The position numbers were made by a program, and so were the translations under genes. A stretch of DNA of 64,000 bases from Myxococcales bacterium. GTDB taxonomy: Bacteria > Myxococcota_A > UBA9042. Positions 9,839 through 20,336 of the stretch are shown here, in pieces; the stretch's first letter is position 1; every line of letters begins with the position of its first letter. The stretch covers positions 15,121-79,120 of the forward strand of contig SHZD01000003.1 of NCBI GenBank assembly GCA_009692465.1, given 5' to 3'. The notes beneath the pieces are model-generated. The model made no database searches. It worked only from the letters and a program-made list of their open reading frames with translations, and was not told the origin of the DNA.

Positions 9839-11104
9839 ATGCGCCAGCCCACCCTGCTCATCGTGCCTGTTCTAATTTCGACCTTGTTCGCCTGTTCGCC
9901 GACTCAGAATTTCGGCAGCGTCGAGGGCCTGACCTGTTCGCGCTCTGGCGACCAGGTGTGCTCCAAAGAGCCGGGCAATCCGCGTGCCCGCTGCGGTTTT
10001 GACAACAATTGGACCATCCTCGAGAAGTGCAACGAGTTGCCGTGTGTGGTCGTCACCTTGTCCGGCGGCCTGCACTCCACCAGTTGCGGCGGAACACCAT
10101 CGGAAATCCAGACCGACGTCGTCACAACCCGCCAACCTGACACGATCAGCACCAGCGACACCAGCGAGGATTCGAACCGCAGTTCCGACATCAAGCCTGA
10201 AGGCAAGGACGCGATTTCGGGCACTAGCGCCACCAATTGTGGCAGCTATGTGTGCTCGGCCAAGCAACTGTGTACGCTCGGCGGCGCCTGCGAGGACAAT
10301 GCCTGCGCCAGCCCTTGCGGCCATGGCGAGCGCTGTAGCCTAGGTGTGTGTTTGTCTTACTGTTCGGGCACCTGTGCCAGCACCGAATACTGCCCACCCG
10401 ATCCGTTGGGCGACCAGTGCCAAAAACTCAACTGCACGCCGCCCATGGATCTAGGTGCCGCCTTTGTCGCGGTCGACCTGCAAGCGCAAGCCACAGCCGA
10501 CTCGCAGGCTTGCGCCCACTTGGCTGGGGCGACCTTGACCTTGAACAACGCGCTGCAAGCCGTGGGCCTTGGCGGCGACGGGCTTGCTGGCGGCATCGCG
10601 CTCGGCGCCGACACGCTAACGATTGCCACGTTACCGGTCCAAGGCAGCGCGGTGCTGTTGGCCAAGAAGGCCAACTCCAAGCCGTGCGCCGCTACTGGCG
10701 TGTGCGGGGTGGTGCTGAGCAAGGCCGACAACTTGAATCCTGCCGGCGCCGCCGCGCAACCGTGCAAGCCGCGTTATGCCGTGAACAAGTCGGACCGGTT
10801 TGAGGTGCTGCCACTGCCACTGCGCTTGGGCACAATCCGAGTGCCGTTGTTCGTGCGCAACGCGGCTGTAATGGTCGCTGCCGACAGCAAGAGTGCCGAA
10901 TTGTGCGGGCACGTGGCCAAAGCCGACATCGATGTCGCGCTGTCCGGCTTGTCCAAGGCCAGCGGGACGGCGTTTCAGTTGCTGCAAAAGCTAGTGACCA
11001 GCGGCCCGGATGTCGATAGCAATGGCGATGGCACCAAAGATGTGTGGGCAGTGCGGTTTGTCGTGCAGTTGGCCCCGGCTGTACTGAATAAATGGGCGCC
11101 GTGA
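9839..11104 (+). CDS. Cys-rich lipoprotein of unknown function
   Basis: Lipobox LFAC, Cys-rich middle region, and C-terminal DVDSNGDGTKD putative Ca-binding loop. Confidence 0.75.
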   Translation: MRQPTLLIVPVLISTLFACSPTQNFGSVEGLTCSRSGDQVCSKEPGNPRARCGFDNNWTILEKCNELPCVVVTLSGGLHSTSCGGTPSEIQTDVVTTRQPDTISTSDTSEDSNRSSDIKPEGKDAISGTSATNCGSYVCSAKQLCTLGGACEDNACASPCGHGERCSLGVCLSYCSGTCASTEYCPPDPLGDQCQKLNCTPPMDLGAAFVAVDLQAQATADSQACAHLAGATLTLNNALQAVGLGGDGLAGGIALGADTLTIATLPVQGSAVLLAKKANSKPCAATGVCGVVLSKADNLNPAGAAAQPCKPRYAVNKSDRFEVLPLPLRLGTIRVPLFVRNAAVMVAADSKSAELCGHVAKADIDVALSGLSKASGTAFQLLQKLVTSGPDVDSNGDGTKDVWAVRFVVQLAPAVLNKWAP

Positions 11105-12126
11105 CGCCAGTTCTGCCGGCCGTACCCCCGACCATTTTCGATGCCAGCGGGGCCATTGCCGATGGCGTTTACCGCGGAACGATCGCCGACGCCAACTTGA
11201 AAGCGAGCCGGTGGCCGCTGAGCTGGCGGCAAAAAGAGTGGCACTACTTGTCAGCCGTGACCGATCGCCACTTGGTCGCGGTCGCCGTAGTGCAACTGGG
11301 CTACCTCGCCAATAGTTTTGCTTATGTCGTCGAACTTACCGGCCCCAGTGACCACCAGCCTTGGCAGTTCGAAGGGTTATCGCCCTTGGGCACAGCGGTG
11401 CGCTTTGGTCAGGGCCCGGCGCGCGGGGTGACCAGTTGGCGCAGTTCGGGCGCAGCCATTGATTTGCGGACTGACGACGACGGCTACACCGCGCGGATTG
11501 ACTTGCCGGTGGGCCGGGGCACTGAGACAAAGCGACTGTGTGCACGGCTTGAGTGTAAGCGCGGCGAGGCATTGACGCTGGTGCACACGTTGCCCACCGG
11601 CCGACCGGCGTGCACCGAAAAGGTGGCCGGGCTGCCCGCGAGTTTGGACATGCTGCTGGGCGAGCACGACATCGGCGGGGCGGCGCTGGCGAGCAGCGAC
11701 TGGACGCGCTCAGTGGCCATGCGGCAAACGGTGTGGAAGTGGGCTTCGCTCAGTGGCACCTTGCCCGATGGTCGGCACCTCGGCCTCAACTTGTCGGCCC
11801 AGGTGTACGACGACAGCCACGGCCAGTCCCGCGAAAATGCGCTGTGGATCGACGGCAAGGTCCACGCGCTTGCTGGCGGGGTGCTGTTCAGCGTGCCGCA
11901 GGCCGCGGATCGCCAGCCGTGGCTGCTGTCGAGTCAGCAAGGCGACGCGGTGCTGCTGCGTTTTGAGCCGCTGGGGGCGCGCCGGCAGGACATCGACTAC
12001 TGGCTGGTGGTCAGTCGGTTTGTCCAGCCCTACGGCCGATTTTATGGGCACTTGCGCGTCGATGGGCAGACTTTAGCCATCGACGGCATGGTCGGCGTGG
12101 TCGAGGAACACTTGGCGAAGTGGTGA
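11101..12126 (+). CDS. DUF2804-family protein
   Basis: Motifs KEWHY, DWTRS, WKWAS, ENALWIDG, FVQPYGRF and GVVEEHLAKW typical of DUF2804. GTGA overlap with the upstream stop (alternative ATG 11092). Confidence 0.75.
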   Translation: MTPVLPAVPPTIFDASGAIADGVYRGTIADANLKASRWPLSWRQKEWHYLSAVTDRHLVAVAVVQLGYLANSFAYVVELTGPSDHQPWQFEGLSPLGTAVRFGQGPARGVTSWRSSGAAIDLRTDDDGYTARIDLPVGRGTETKRLCARLECKRGEALTLVHTLPTGRPACTEKVAGLPASLDMLLGEHDIGGAALASSDWTRSVAMRQTVWKWASLSGTLPDGRHLGLNLSAQVYDDSHGQSRENALWIDGKVHALAGGVLFSVPQAADRQPWLLSSQQGDAVLLRFEPLGARRQDIDYWLVVSRFVQPYGRFYGHLRVDGQTLAIDGMVGVVEEHLAKW

Positions 12127-12188
12127 GCGAGCGGGCATCCGCAGCCAAAACGGTCGGCGCGCCGCGTCCTTTCTGAGCCAGACCTAGA

Positions 12189-12514
12189 ATTCGCTGTAAT
12201 CACAAGATGTTGTTTAATGGGTGCCACCTGATCAACTCTTGGGCCAAGCCGTAAGTGAGCGAAGGTCGGCGGTCCGAGTCGTCGGTGAGCCCCTACTGCC
12301 TTCCGGTCATGGTCAACTCGAGCATTCGCTGTAATCACAAGATGTTGTTCAATGGGTGCCACCTGATCAACTCTTGGGCCAAGCCGTAAGCGAGCAAACA
12401 ACCGCGGTCCGAGTCGTCGGATCGCCCGCGCTGCCTTCGGGTTGTGGTCAGGCCGCGGACAGCCGGACATTCGCTGTAATCACAAGATGTTGTTCAATGG
12501 GTGCCACCTGATCA
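12189..12514 (+). repeat. Three direct copies of a 46-bp motif A in ~135-145 bp units upstream of clpB
   Basis: ATTCGCTGTAATCACAAGATGTTGTTYAATGGGTGCCACCTGATCA at 12189, 12324 and 12469. The two intervening segments are homologous to each other. Confidence 0.9.
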
Positions 12515-12702
12515 GGGCGCGCGGAGCATCAGGAATTGCTGGATTGCACGTCGCTTGACAGCCGTTCCCACCGTCCTTTCGTGCCGCGGCGGTGGTCGCG
12601 GGCAATGCGGCGGGCCGCAATCTGCGTCGGGTGAGCAGCGTGTTCACGGCGGCGCTTTTTGCGGCAACGCGGCAGTCTGCCTTGCTGCCGCAGGGGATTG
12701 GG

Positions 12703-15285
12703 ATGCAAAACAAGCTGACAACCAACGCGCAGATGGCGCTCAAGCTAGCCGGCGAAGAAGCCGTGCGCCGCAGCCACCAATTCCTGGAGCCGGAGCACAT
12801 CCTGTGGGCGCTGTGCGGCAACGTCGAGGGCGTGGTCAAGCCGTTGCTGGCCAAGCTCGAAGTGCCATTGGAACCCCTTCGCGACGAAATGGTCCGCGAG
12901 TTGGGGCGGTTGCCGGCCGTCAAAGCCCAGTCAGGTCCGGGTCTGGTCGGTTCTGAGCGCTTGCAAGCGTTTTTTGAGGCCGCCGACGACGAGCGCGGCA
13001 AGTTCAAAGATGACTACGTCTCGACCGAGCACTTGTTTCTGGCTCTGCTGCAGGATCGCAAAGGCGCGGCGAGCAAGGCGCTGGCGGACCGCGGATTGTC
13101 GCGCGAAAAGATCTTGGCGGCCCTTAAACCATTGCGCGGCTCAGCGCGGGTGGCCACCGAGGACGGCGAGAGCCAGTTTCAAGCGCTGGAGAAGTACGCC
13201 CGCGACCTCACCGCCGTCGCCGCGCAAGGCAAGCTCGATCCAGTGGTCGGACGCGACGATGAGGTCCGGCGCCTGATGCAAGTGCTGAGCCGGCGCCGCA
13301 AGAATAACCCGGTCCTGATCGGCGAACCGGGGGTTGGCAAAACCGCGATTGTCGAGGGGCTGGCCCAGCGCATCGTTCAAGGCGACGTCCCCGAAGGTTT
13401 GCGCGGCAAGAAGCTGTTGGCGCTCGATTTGGCGTCGATGGTTGCCGGAAGCAAGTACCGCGGCGAGTTTGAAGAGCGTTTGAAGGCCGTGCTCAAAGAG
13501 CTCGCCGACGCCAGCGACCAAGTGATCTTGTTTATTGATGAATTGCACAATCTGGTCGGGGCGGGCAAGGGCGAAGGCAGCATGGACGCCTCCAACATGC
13601 TCAAGCCGGCACTGGCCCGCGGCGAGTTGCACTGCATTGGCGCGACAACTATCGACGAATACCGCAAATACATTGAAAAAGACGCCGCGCTCGAGCGGCG
13701 CTTTCAGCCGGTCAAGTGCGATGAGCCGAGCGTGGCGGACACGATTTCGATTTTGCGCGGGCTCAAAGATCGCTATGAAACTCACCACGGCGTGCGCATT
13801 CAAGACGCGGCGCTGGTGGCGGCGGCCACGTTGTCGGATCGCTACATCGCCGACCGCTTCTTGCCCGACAAGGCCGTTGATTTGATGGATGAAGCCGCCA
13901 GCCGACTGCGGATGGAAATCGACTCGCTGCCGACCGAAATCGACCAATTGCAGCGCCGTATCCAGCAGTTGGAGATTGAACAAGCGGCGCTACAGCGCGA
14001 AGAGGACGCCGCCAGTTTGGATCGTCTGCACAAGATCGTGGCTGAGATGGCCGAACTCAAGGAAACGGCGACCCAAAAGCGGGCAGTGTGGCAAAACGAG
14101 AAGAAGCTCATCGACGGCATCCGGACCAAGAAGTCTCAAGTAGAGGAAAAACAACATCAATTGGAGGCTGCGCAGCGTCGTTACGACAATGAACTGGCGG
14201 CCAAGCTGCAATACGGCGAGATTCCGCTGCTCAAGAAAGACATCGCCGACGCTCAAAGCAAGCTGGCGGAATTGCAAGCGGATGGCGCGCTTCTGCACGA
14301 AGAGGTCACCGCCGACGAGGTGGCCAAAGTGGTGTCGGCGTGGACCGGAGTGCCAGTGACCAAAATGCTGGAATCGGAGATGCAAAAGTTGCTGCATCTG
14401 GAGCAACAGCTGCAAAAACGGGTGGTGAATCAGACTGAGGCGATCAGTGCGGTGGCCAATGCGGTGCGGCGGTCGCGCTCCGGTCTGCAGGATCCCAATC
14501 GGCCACTGGGGTCGTTTATTTTTCTGGGGCCGACCGGGGTCGGCAAGACCGAGCTGGTCAAAGCGCTGGCTGCGTTTCTGTTTGATGACGAAGCGGCGAT
14601 GGTGCGCATCGACATGAGCGAATACATGGAGAAACACGCCGTCGCCCGCTTGATCGGTGCGCCGCCCGGCTACGTGGGCCATGAAGACGGCGGCCAGCTG
14701 ACCGAAGCGGTGCGTCGCCGCCCCTATAGCGTTGTGTTGTTTGATGAAATAGAAAAAGCCCATCCCGACGTCCTCAACATCCTGTTGCAGGTGCTCGATG
14801 AGGGCCGGTTGACCGACAGTCAGGGTCGGCAAATCGACTTTCGCAATACTTTGGTGCTGATGACCAGCAATATCGGCAGCGCGCTGATTTTGGAGGCCAA
14901 GGGCGATCAAGCGATCAAGCAGGTGGTTCAAGACGAGCTGCGCCGGCACTTTCGGCCCGAATTTCTCAATCGCATCGATGAGGTGGCCGTATTCAATGCA
15001 CTGCGCAAACAAGACATGGTGCACATTGTCGACATTCAACTGGAGCGCTTTAAGAAGCGCCTGGCCGATAAGAAACTGGGCCTGACCGTGACCCCAGAGG
15101 CCAAGCAATTGCTGGGGGATGAGGGCTACGATCCGCACTTTGGCGCTCGACCACTTAAGCGCGTGTTGCAAAATCGCATTGAAAATCCACTGGCAGTGCA
15201 GATCTTAGGCGGCAAGTTTCCAGCGGGTACCCATATTGTCATCGACGCCGTCGATGGCGCGCTGCAGTTTGTGTACGCCGATTGA
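12703..15285 (+). CDS. clpB: ATP-dependent chaperone ClpB
   Basis: Walker A motifs GEPGVGKT and [19 protein letters not shown], coiled-coil M domain, [11 protein letters not shown] and GARPLKR. Start ATG 12703. Confidence 0.97.
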   Translation: MQNKLTTNAQMALKLAGEEAVRRSHQFLEPEHILWALCGNVEGVVKPLLAKLEVPLEPLRDEMVRELGRLPAVKAQSGPGLVGSERLQAFFEAADDERGKFKDDYVSTEHLFLALLQDRKGAASKALADRGLSREKILAALKPLRGSARVATEDGESQFQALEKYARDLTAVAAQGKLDPVVGRDDEVRRLMQVLSRRRKNNPVLIGEPGVGKTAIVEGLAQRIVQGDVPEGLRGKKLLALDLASMVAGSKYRGEFEERLKAVLKELADASDQVILFIDELHNLVGAGKGEGSMDASNMLKPALARGELHCIGATTIDEYRKYIEKDAALERRFQPVKCDEPSVADTISILRGLKDRYETHHGVRIQDAALVAAATLSDRYIADRFLPDKAVDLMDEAASRLRMEIDSLPTEIDQLQRRIQQLEIEQAALQREEDAASLDRLHKIVAEMAELKETATQKRAVWQNEKKLIDGIRTKKSQVEEKQHQLEAAQRRYDNELAAKLQYGEIPLLKKDIADAQSKLAELQADGALLHEEVTADEVAKVVSAWTGVPVTKMLESEMQKLLHLEQQLQKRVVNQTEAISAVANAVRRSRSGLQDPNRPLGSFIFLGPTGVGKTELVKALAAFLFDDEAAMVRIDMSEYMEKHAVARLIGAPPGYVGHEDGGQLTEAVRRRPYSVVLFDEIEKAHPDVLNILLQVLDEGRLTDSQGRQIDFRNTLVLMTSNIGSALILEAKGDQAIKQVVQDELRRHFRPEFLNRIDEVAVFNALRKQDMVHIVDIQLERFKKRLADKKLGLTVTPEAKQLLGDEGYDPHFGARPLKRVLQNRIENPLAVQILGGKFPAGTHIVIDAVDGALQFVYAD

Positions 15286-15354
15286 CGCCGCCTGCGACCA
15301 AACCGGACAATCCACCGTACAGCGCGATCGGCGCGGGTTGGCCAACAGCCGAAC

Positions 15355-15573
15355 ATGACTGAAACTTTGCCCATTGCGATTACGCTCAACGGCTTGCCGC
15401 ACTCGCTGGCGCGCGGCACCTCGGTCGCGCAACTGCTCGTAGAGCTGCAGACCCCTGATTTTGGGGCGGCCGTCGAACTGAACTGCACGGTAGTGCGCAA
15501 GAAAGACCACGCGGCGACCGAGCTCGTCGCCGGTGACGTCGTGGAAATTGTTCACTTCGTCGGCGGCGGTTAG
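15355..15573 (+). CDS. thiS: Sulfur carrier protein ThiS
   Basis: 72 aa, AVELN, ends EIVHFVGGG, directly upstream of thiG. Confidence 0.92.
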   Translation: MTETLPIAITLNGLPHSLARGTSVAQLLVELQTPDFGAAVELNCTVVRKKDHAATELVAGDVVEIVHFVGGG

Positions 15574-15598
15574 CGGCTGACCGCCAAGGACCTCATCT

Positions 15599-16378
15599 AT
15601 GGCAACAACGACTGACGACGGCTGGCAATTGGCCGGCAAGACCTACTTTTCGCGCCTGTTGGTCGGCACCGGCAAGTACGCCGACATTGCCCAGACTCGC
15701 GCCGCGCTGGACCAATCGGGCGCCGAAATCGTCACGGTGGCGGTACGGCGCATCGATCGCAGCCAAGCGCAGACGGTGCTCGACGCCATCGACCGGACTC
15801 GCCACACCCTGTTGCCCAACACGGCTGGCTGCTACACCGCGCAAGATGCCATTCGCTACGCCAATTTGGCCCGCGAAGCTGGGATGGGCGATCTGATCAA
15901 GCTCGAGGTGATCGGCGATCGACTGACGCTGTTTCCGGACAATCAAGCGACGCTGGAGGCGGCCAAAGTGCTGGTGGCCGATGGGTTTGCGGTGCTGCCG
16001 TACATCGGCGACGACCCGGTGCTGTGCAAGAAACTGCAAGATCTGGGCTGTGCCGCGGTGATGCCGCTGGGAGCGCCGATTGGTTCGGGGCTGGGAATTC
16101 GCAACCCTCATAATTTGCAGATTATTTTGCAACAGGCCACGGTACCGGTCTTAGTGGACGCCGGAGTCGGCACCGCCAGTGATGCGGCTATCGCACTAGA
16201 ACTTGGCTGTACTGCGGTGTTGATGAACACGGCCATTGCCGGCGCTCAAGATCCGATTCGGATGGCACGGGCGATGCGGTTGGCGGTTCAGGCTGGGCGC
16301 GAAGCGTTTTTGGCCGGGCGCATTCCGCGCAAGCTGCATGCGGCGGCGTCGAGCCCGCTGACTGGCCTGCTCGGGTGA
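15599..16378 (+). CDS. thiG: Thiazole synthase
   Basis: Motifs [35 protein letters not shown] and [10 protein letters not shown]. Confidence 0.97.
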   Translation: MATTTDDGWQLAGKTYFSRLLVGTGKYADIAQTRAALDQSGAEIVTVAVRRIDRSQAQTVLDAIDRTRHTLLPNTAGCYTAQDAIRYANLAREAGMGDLIKLEVIGDRLTLFPDNQATLEAAKVLVADGFAVLPYIGDDPVLCKKLQDLGCAAVMPLGAPIGSGLGIRNPHNLQIILQQATVPVLVDAGVGTASDAAIALELGCTAVLMNTAIAGAQDPIRMARAMRLAVQAGREAFLAGRIPRKLHAAASSPLTGLLG

Positions 16379-17040
16379 TCGCGCCGCGCTTGATCGCGAT
16401 TGTTGCCGCCACCGAATGCCAAAGCCCGGCGTTGGGCGCGCAATTAGCCTTTGATATTGGTAAATTGGCAGCAGTCTGCGCACAACATAAGGTCCCGTGG
16501 GGCCTGTGGTTGCGCGACCACGGCTACTCAGCAGCAACGTGGCGTTCCGTCGTCAGCGCGATGAGTCACGTAGCCGCGCTGGGGGGCAGCCTCGGCATTT
16601 CTGCTCCGGTCGATGGACCGGCGGCGCTCGCGGCAGAAAGATTGCAAACACATGGGGTTGCACGGATTCATGTCCCGCAAGCGGCGTGGACTGATTGGTC
16701 ACAGGCACAGCTGGGCGGGATGGCGAAGGTGGCTGCCGCCCACAACGAGGATTTTGCAGCAAGTGCGCTCGCATATGGCGCTGATTTTGTTACATTATCT
16801 CCAATTTGGGCCACAGCGTCCAAAGTCGAGTCGGTGGGTCTGGGGTCAGAGGCGCTGGCGGCTGTGGCTCAGCGCTTTGCGCGTCAGGTCATTGCGCTGG
16901 GTGGCATCGACGCCGTGACGGCGGCCATTTCGTTCCAAGCGGGAGCGGTAGCGGTGGCGAGCATGACCGCTTGGCGCCGCGAGCCGCGCCAGCTGGCGGT
17001 GGCCGTGCACCAAACGCCTCCAATTGCGGCGCCCTGCTAA
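16375..17040 (+). CDS. thiE: Thiamine-phosphate synthase / TenI-like protein (divergent)
   Basis: [20 protein letters not shown] and IALGGID. Overlaps the thiG stop. N-terminal half is divergent. Confidence 0.65.
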   Translation: MIAPRLIAIVAATECQSPALGAQLAFDIGKLAAVCAQHKVPWGLWLRDHGYSAATWRSVVSAMSHVAALGGSLGISAPVDGPAALAAERLQTHGVARIHVPQAAWTDWSQAQLGGMAKVAAAHNEDFAASALAYGADFVTLSPIWATASKVESVGLGSEALAAVAQRFARQVIALGGIDAVTAAISFQAGAVAVASMTAWRREPRQLAVAVHQTPPIAAPC

Positions 17041-17088
17041 ACCAATTAGTTTCGCCGTGGCGTCAGGAGGCGCTTGGGGGCATTACTG

Positions 17089-17514
17089 ATGAGCACTGGG
17101 GCTGCTGTCGTATTCGGCCTGGTCGCTTTCATTCACGGCTACTTCTTTGTGTTGGAGTCGGTGCTGTGGGGCAAACCGCGGACCAACAAGATCTTTGGCG
17201 TGGACGCCGAAACAGCGGCGAAAAACGCGGGGTTTGCCAAGAATCAGGGCGTCTACAACCTTTTTCTGGTCGCTGGGTTGGTGTGGGCCTTGGGCCACCC
17301 AGAACCGAGCGCCGCCACTCAACTAGCGACGTTCTTTGGCGGTTGCGTGGTGGTAGCTGGGGTGTTTGGCGCGCTCACGGTCAACAAGCGAATTTTCTTT
17401 GTCCAAGCGCTGCCAGCGTTGATCGGGCTGGGTCTGCTGCATTTGGCCTCGCGTACAACCCTGGCGCGCGGCTGGCCCGGTGTTTGGCTGCCTTGGCAAC
17501 TGACCGCAAATTAG
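17089..17514 (+). CDS. DUF1304-family membrane protein
   Basis: HGYFFVLE, NQGVYNLFL and IFFVQALPA. The TAG stop overlaps a MITE end. Confidence 0.8.
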   Translation: MSTGAAVVFGLVAFIHGYFFVLESVLWGKPRTNKIFGVDAETAAKNAGFAKNQGVYNLFLVAGLVWALGHPEPSAATQLATFFGGCVVVAGVFGALTVNKRIFFVQALPALIGLGLLHLASRTTLARGWPGVWLPWQLTAN

Positions 17515-17647
17515 GGCGTGTGAAAGAGCAACTCGATCAACCTACGTGAAAACCGCAGCAGCGAGTCAGCTGTAAAGACGCGAGCTTGCGAGCCACCCAG
17601 CGAGCAAACAGGCTCGGTAAATGAATGATTTGTTCATTTACAAGCCC
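17514..17647 (-). mobile_element. 134-bp MITE, diverged family C member
   Basis: Perfect TTA/TTA flanks. TIR GGGCGTGTGAA / TTTACAAGCCC. Internal order matches family C. Confidence 0.65.
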
Positions 17648-17649
17648 TT

Positions 17650-17768
17650 ACGCGATTGACCAGCGCAAGGAACGGAACTGCGAGTCGGCCTTCGGGGAGG
17701 CGAGTTCTGCGAACCACAAAGCAAGCAAACGGAACAGCGCTCAGAATGGCTCATTCTGAGTTTGTTGA
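17650..17768 (-). repeat. Degenerate family B/C-related repeat
   Basis: GGAACGG...CGAGTCGGC...GCGAGTT...CCACAAAGCAAGCA core and terminal hairpin CTCAGAATG-GCT-CATTCTGAG. Confidence 0.55.
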
Positions 17769-18293
17769 TCAAACCAATTCGGCGCGCCCAGCAGTGATCT
17801 TGTCCATCAGCATCTGGATCGCATCCTGAATCTGCTCAGGCCGCGGCGGGCAGCCGGGGATGTACACATCGACAGGAATGATGTGGTCAATTCCAGGAAC
17901 GGTCGCATAATTGTCGTAAAATCCACCCGTTGAAGCGCAAGCACCAAAAGCAATCACCCACTTGGGCTCGGCCATCTGCTCGTAAATGCGCTTGAGAATC
18001 GGCGCGTTCTTGTGGGTCACGGTGCCGACCACCATCAGTAAGTCCGCTTGACGCGGGGTAAATCGCGGCACTTCGCAGCCAAAGCGGGCAATGTCGTGCT
18101 GCGGCGCATTGACCGCCATGAACTCCATTCCGCAGCAGGCGGTGACAAACGGATATTGAAACAGCGAGAACTTGCGGCCCCAGTTGACCAATTCTTCGAT
18201 TTTAGTCGTCAGCACGTTGCCGGCCATATCGCCGCCACCTAGGCTCAACTGCTCGATACCATGCAGTTCGCTTTGTTTGTACATCAAACCCAT
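17769..18293 (-). CDS. nuoB: NADH-quinone oxidoreductase subunit B (stand-alone copy)
   Basis: Motifs TACCGME, PRQADLLMVVGT, EPKWVIAFGACASTGG and VDVYIPGCPPRPE. GAGG RBS. Confidence 0.92.
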   Translation of the reverse strand: MGLMYKQSELHGIEQLSLGGGDMAGNVLTTKIEELVNWGRKFSLFQYPFVTACCGMEFMAVNAPQHDIARFGCEVPRFTPRQADLLMVVGTVTHKNAPILKRIYEQMAEPKWVIAFGACASTGGFYDNYATVPGIDHIIPVDVYIPGCPPRPEQIQDAIQMLMDKITAGRAELV

Positions 18294-18425
18294 AGGTGTC
18301 CTCGCGGTGGCGATGCGGCCAGAGCGGTCGCAGAGCGCGCATGGTGGTCAAAGTGCAGGTGGCCGTCAAGCCCAATGGAGCGCCGCGATTCCCCGCCCTG
18401 GGCGCAACTGCGCGGATGACTTCAG

Positions 18426-20336
18426 CTACGGTACAACTACACATTTGACATTGGTGGTGCCGTCGCCGGGATAGGCTGCACCGTCGTACAGCGCCACGGC
18501 GCCGCCGGGTTCGCTAGCATCGCGCGCCGCAGGGCACTTGAAACTAATCGTCGCGCTGCCGTCGACCACTTGGCTGGCTAGGGCGTCCTGGTGGACACAG
18601 GCCGTACCGGTGCCCAATTTGGAGCTAAACTCGCACACGCGCAGCACTTGTGCTGCTGGCTTGCCGGTGACGGTGCAACTCAGCGTGGTGGTCTGCCCAG
18701 GTGTGCAGGCCACTTTTTTGGTCAGGTTGCGCCAGCCGCAGTTGCGCAGGGGCCCGATTTGGCCGCGGCTGCAAGGTAGCGTGACGTAGCCGTTGCCGGG
18801 CGTCGGCACCGTCGCAGGATAGGCGTCGCCGTTGTTGGCCTGCCAATTGGCCGAGAAGTTGCACTTGGCGCGGTACACCGTTTGACCGTTGGCGGTGGTG
18901 AACTGAGTAGGTTCAAACACCGGATTGCCCGAGGCGTCCAGAATCGGGGTGCCTTCGCACAAGAAGCCGTCAGGATTGCTAATAAATCCGAGATCTTTGG
19001 TCACCGCCCCCTGAGTGGTGTCGATGTCGGTCACGTCGATCCACTGGCACGGCAACCCGGCCTTGTACTGGTCGACCCAGCCGACTTCGACCCCTTGGGT
19101 TTCGCAGCCACCGTACGGATTATGCAAGGGTGATTTTTCATGGTTGGAGGGCCGCGCCGTCGACTGGAGGCAAAATCCGCGCTTGGCTGTCATCTCCGCG
19201 TCGCCGCCAAAGGTAAAATTGCCATAGTGGGCGAAGTGATAGTGTTGATGGCATTGATCAAACTGAAAGATGTGGTACTTGTCGTTCAGGGTCTGGGTGC
19301 CGGTCAAGTAGTAGTCGACATCGCCGATATGCAGCGCCTTGTCGCCGACGTTGCGATCGGAAGTGGCAAACTGCAGCAACCGCCGCCAACCGCTGCCGCC
19401 CACGCATTGTTCGCTCAATTCACAGGCGCCTGCGGCGATATAGCGGTAGGTCACGCGGTTGACCAAGAACTCTTCCAGTTCCAACGACAGGTCAGCACCG
19501 CCCGGCGCCGCCGTGCCGACTCGGGCCTGATTGGCGAGGTTGCGGTCCCACTTGAGGCGGGTAAACCGCACCACGGTCTCGTAGGCGCCGACATGGGCAG
19601 CTAGGGCTTGCTTACACGACTGGGTTGGCAGGTTGGTCTGGTGGCAACCGCGCGGACTCAACTCCTTTTCGGTGGTGCACTCGTGATCGTAAAAGGACTC
19701 GACCTCTTCGGATTCGACGCTATTGGGCGGAAAATCCTCTTCATCCATGCAGGCATAACCGGTACGCTGAAACAGCAACTCGGGGTCGATCGGCAGGGTA
19801 AACGGCTCGTCCCAACTGCCGCCGACCTTGGCCAACTTGGCCTCTGAGGTGGCGGGCGAGGCGGGATCGGTCACCAACGTCGAATTCAGGCGGTAATTGA
19901 CCACCACGTAGTCGTGCCCGCCCACGGTCGCCCGCTTAGGCGCGCTGGTCAGCGTCACGTTGCGCCGCGATTCGGGCGGCAGCGGCAATTGCATTTTTTT
20001 GGTGCCCAAACCGTAGAAATCCTGCCGAAAAACCAGCCGATACGAAGTCAACTGCAGTTGGGCCTTGGCGCGGTCGGTCCAAAACGCCGTCGGCTTAGCT
20101 ATCAGATCCGCGGCGATCCGGCCGCGCATGGCAATCGGGATTTCGTCTAACTTGACACCGACTTGGCCTTGCAACGTAGCGCCGACCAACGCCCCAGGGT
20201 CACCCAGACCCAACTGCGCTTGACCCGCAGAGGGCTCAGTCGTTGCATCGGCGCAAGCCACTGTTGTGGCTGCCAACGCGGCTACCAGCGCGATTTGAGG
20301 TAGTTGGCGAAAACCTATCAACAACGAGTGCTTCAC
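18426..20336 (-). CDS. Lysyl-oxidase-like lipoprotein
   Basis: Lipobox TVAC. LOX motifs RRLLQF, NVGD, CHQHYHF (Cu ligands), KRGFCL and GWVDQY...CQWIDVTD. GTG start at 20336 with GGAGG RBS. Confidence 0.85.
   Translation of the reverse strand: MKHSLLIGFRQLPQIALVAALAATTVACADATTEPSAGQAQLGLGDPGALVGATLQGQVGVKLDEIPIAMRGRIAADLIAKPTAFWTDRAKAQLQLTSYRLVFRQDFYGLGTKKMQLPLPPESRRNVTLTSAPKRATVGGHDYVVVNYRLNSTLVTDPASPATSEAKLAKVGGSWDEPFTLPIDPELLFQRTGYACMDEEDFPPNSVESEEVESFYDHECTTEKELSPRGCHQTNLPTQSCKQALAAHVGAYETVVRFTRLKWDRNLANQARVGTAAPGGADLSLELEEFLVNRVTYRYIAAGACELSEQCVGGSGWRRLLQFATSDRNVGDKALHIGDVDYYLTGTQTLNDKYHIFQFDQCHQHYHFAHYGNFTFGGDAEMTAKRGFCLQSTARPSNHEKSPLHNPYGGCETQGVEVGWVDQYKAGLPCQWIDVTDIDTTQGAVTKDLGFISNPDGFLCEGTPILDASGNPVFEPTQFTTANGQTVYRAKCNFSANWQANNGDAYPATVPTPGNGYVTLPCSRGQIGPLRNCGWRNLTKKVACTPGQTTTLSCTVTGKPAAQVLRVCEFSSKLGTGTACVHQDALASQVVDGSATISFKCPAARDASEPGGAVALYDGAAYPGDGTTNVKCVVVP

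Noticed and set aside
12210-12234. Sigma-54 promoter in motif A (reverse strand TGGCAC)
   Set aside because: No TTGC at the required -12 spacing.
12189-12514. CRISPR array
   Set aside because: Only three repeats. Spacers are 89-99 bp and homologous to each other, there are no cas genes, and the motif is dispersed elsewhere.
13141-15171. Long antisense ORFs opposite clpB, and similar ones opposite mdh, hutH, sdhB and the amylase
   Set aside because: Shadow ORFs caused by high-GC codon bias.
15286-15354. TPP riboswitch before thiS
   Set aside because: Too short, and no CTGAGA core was seen.
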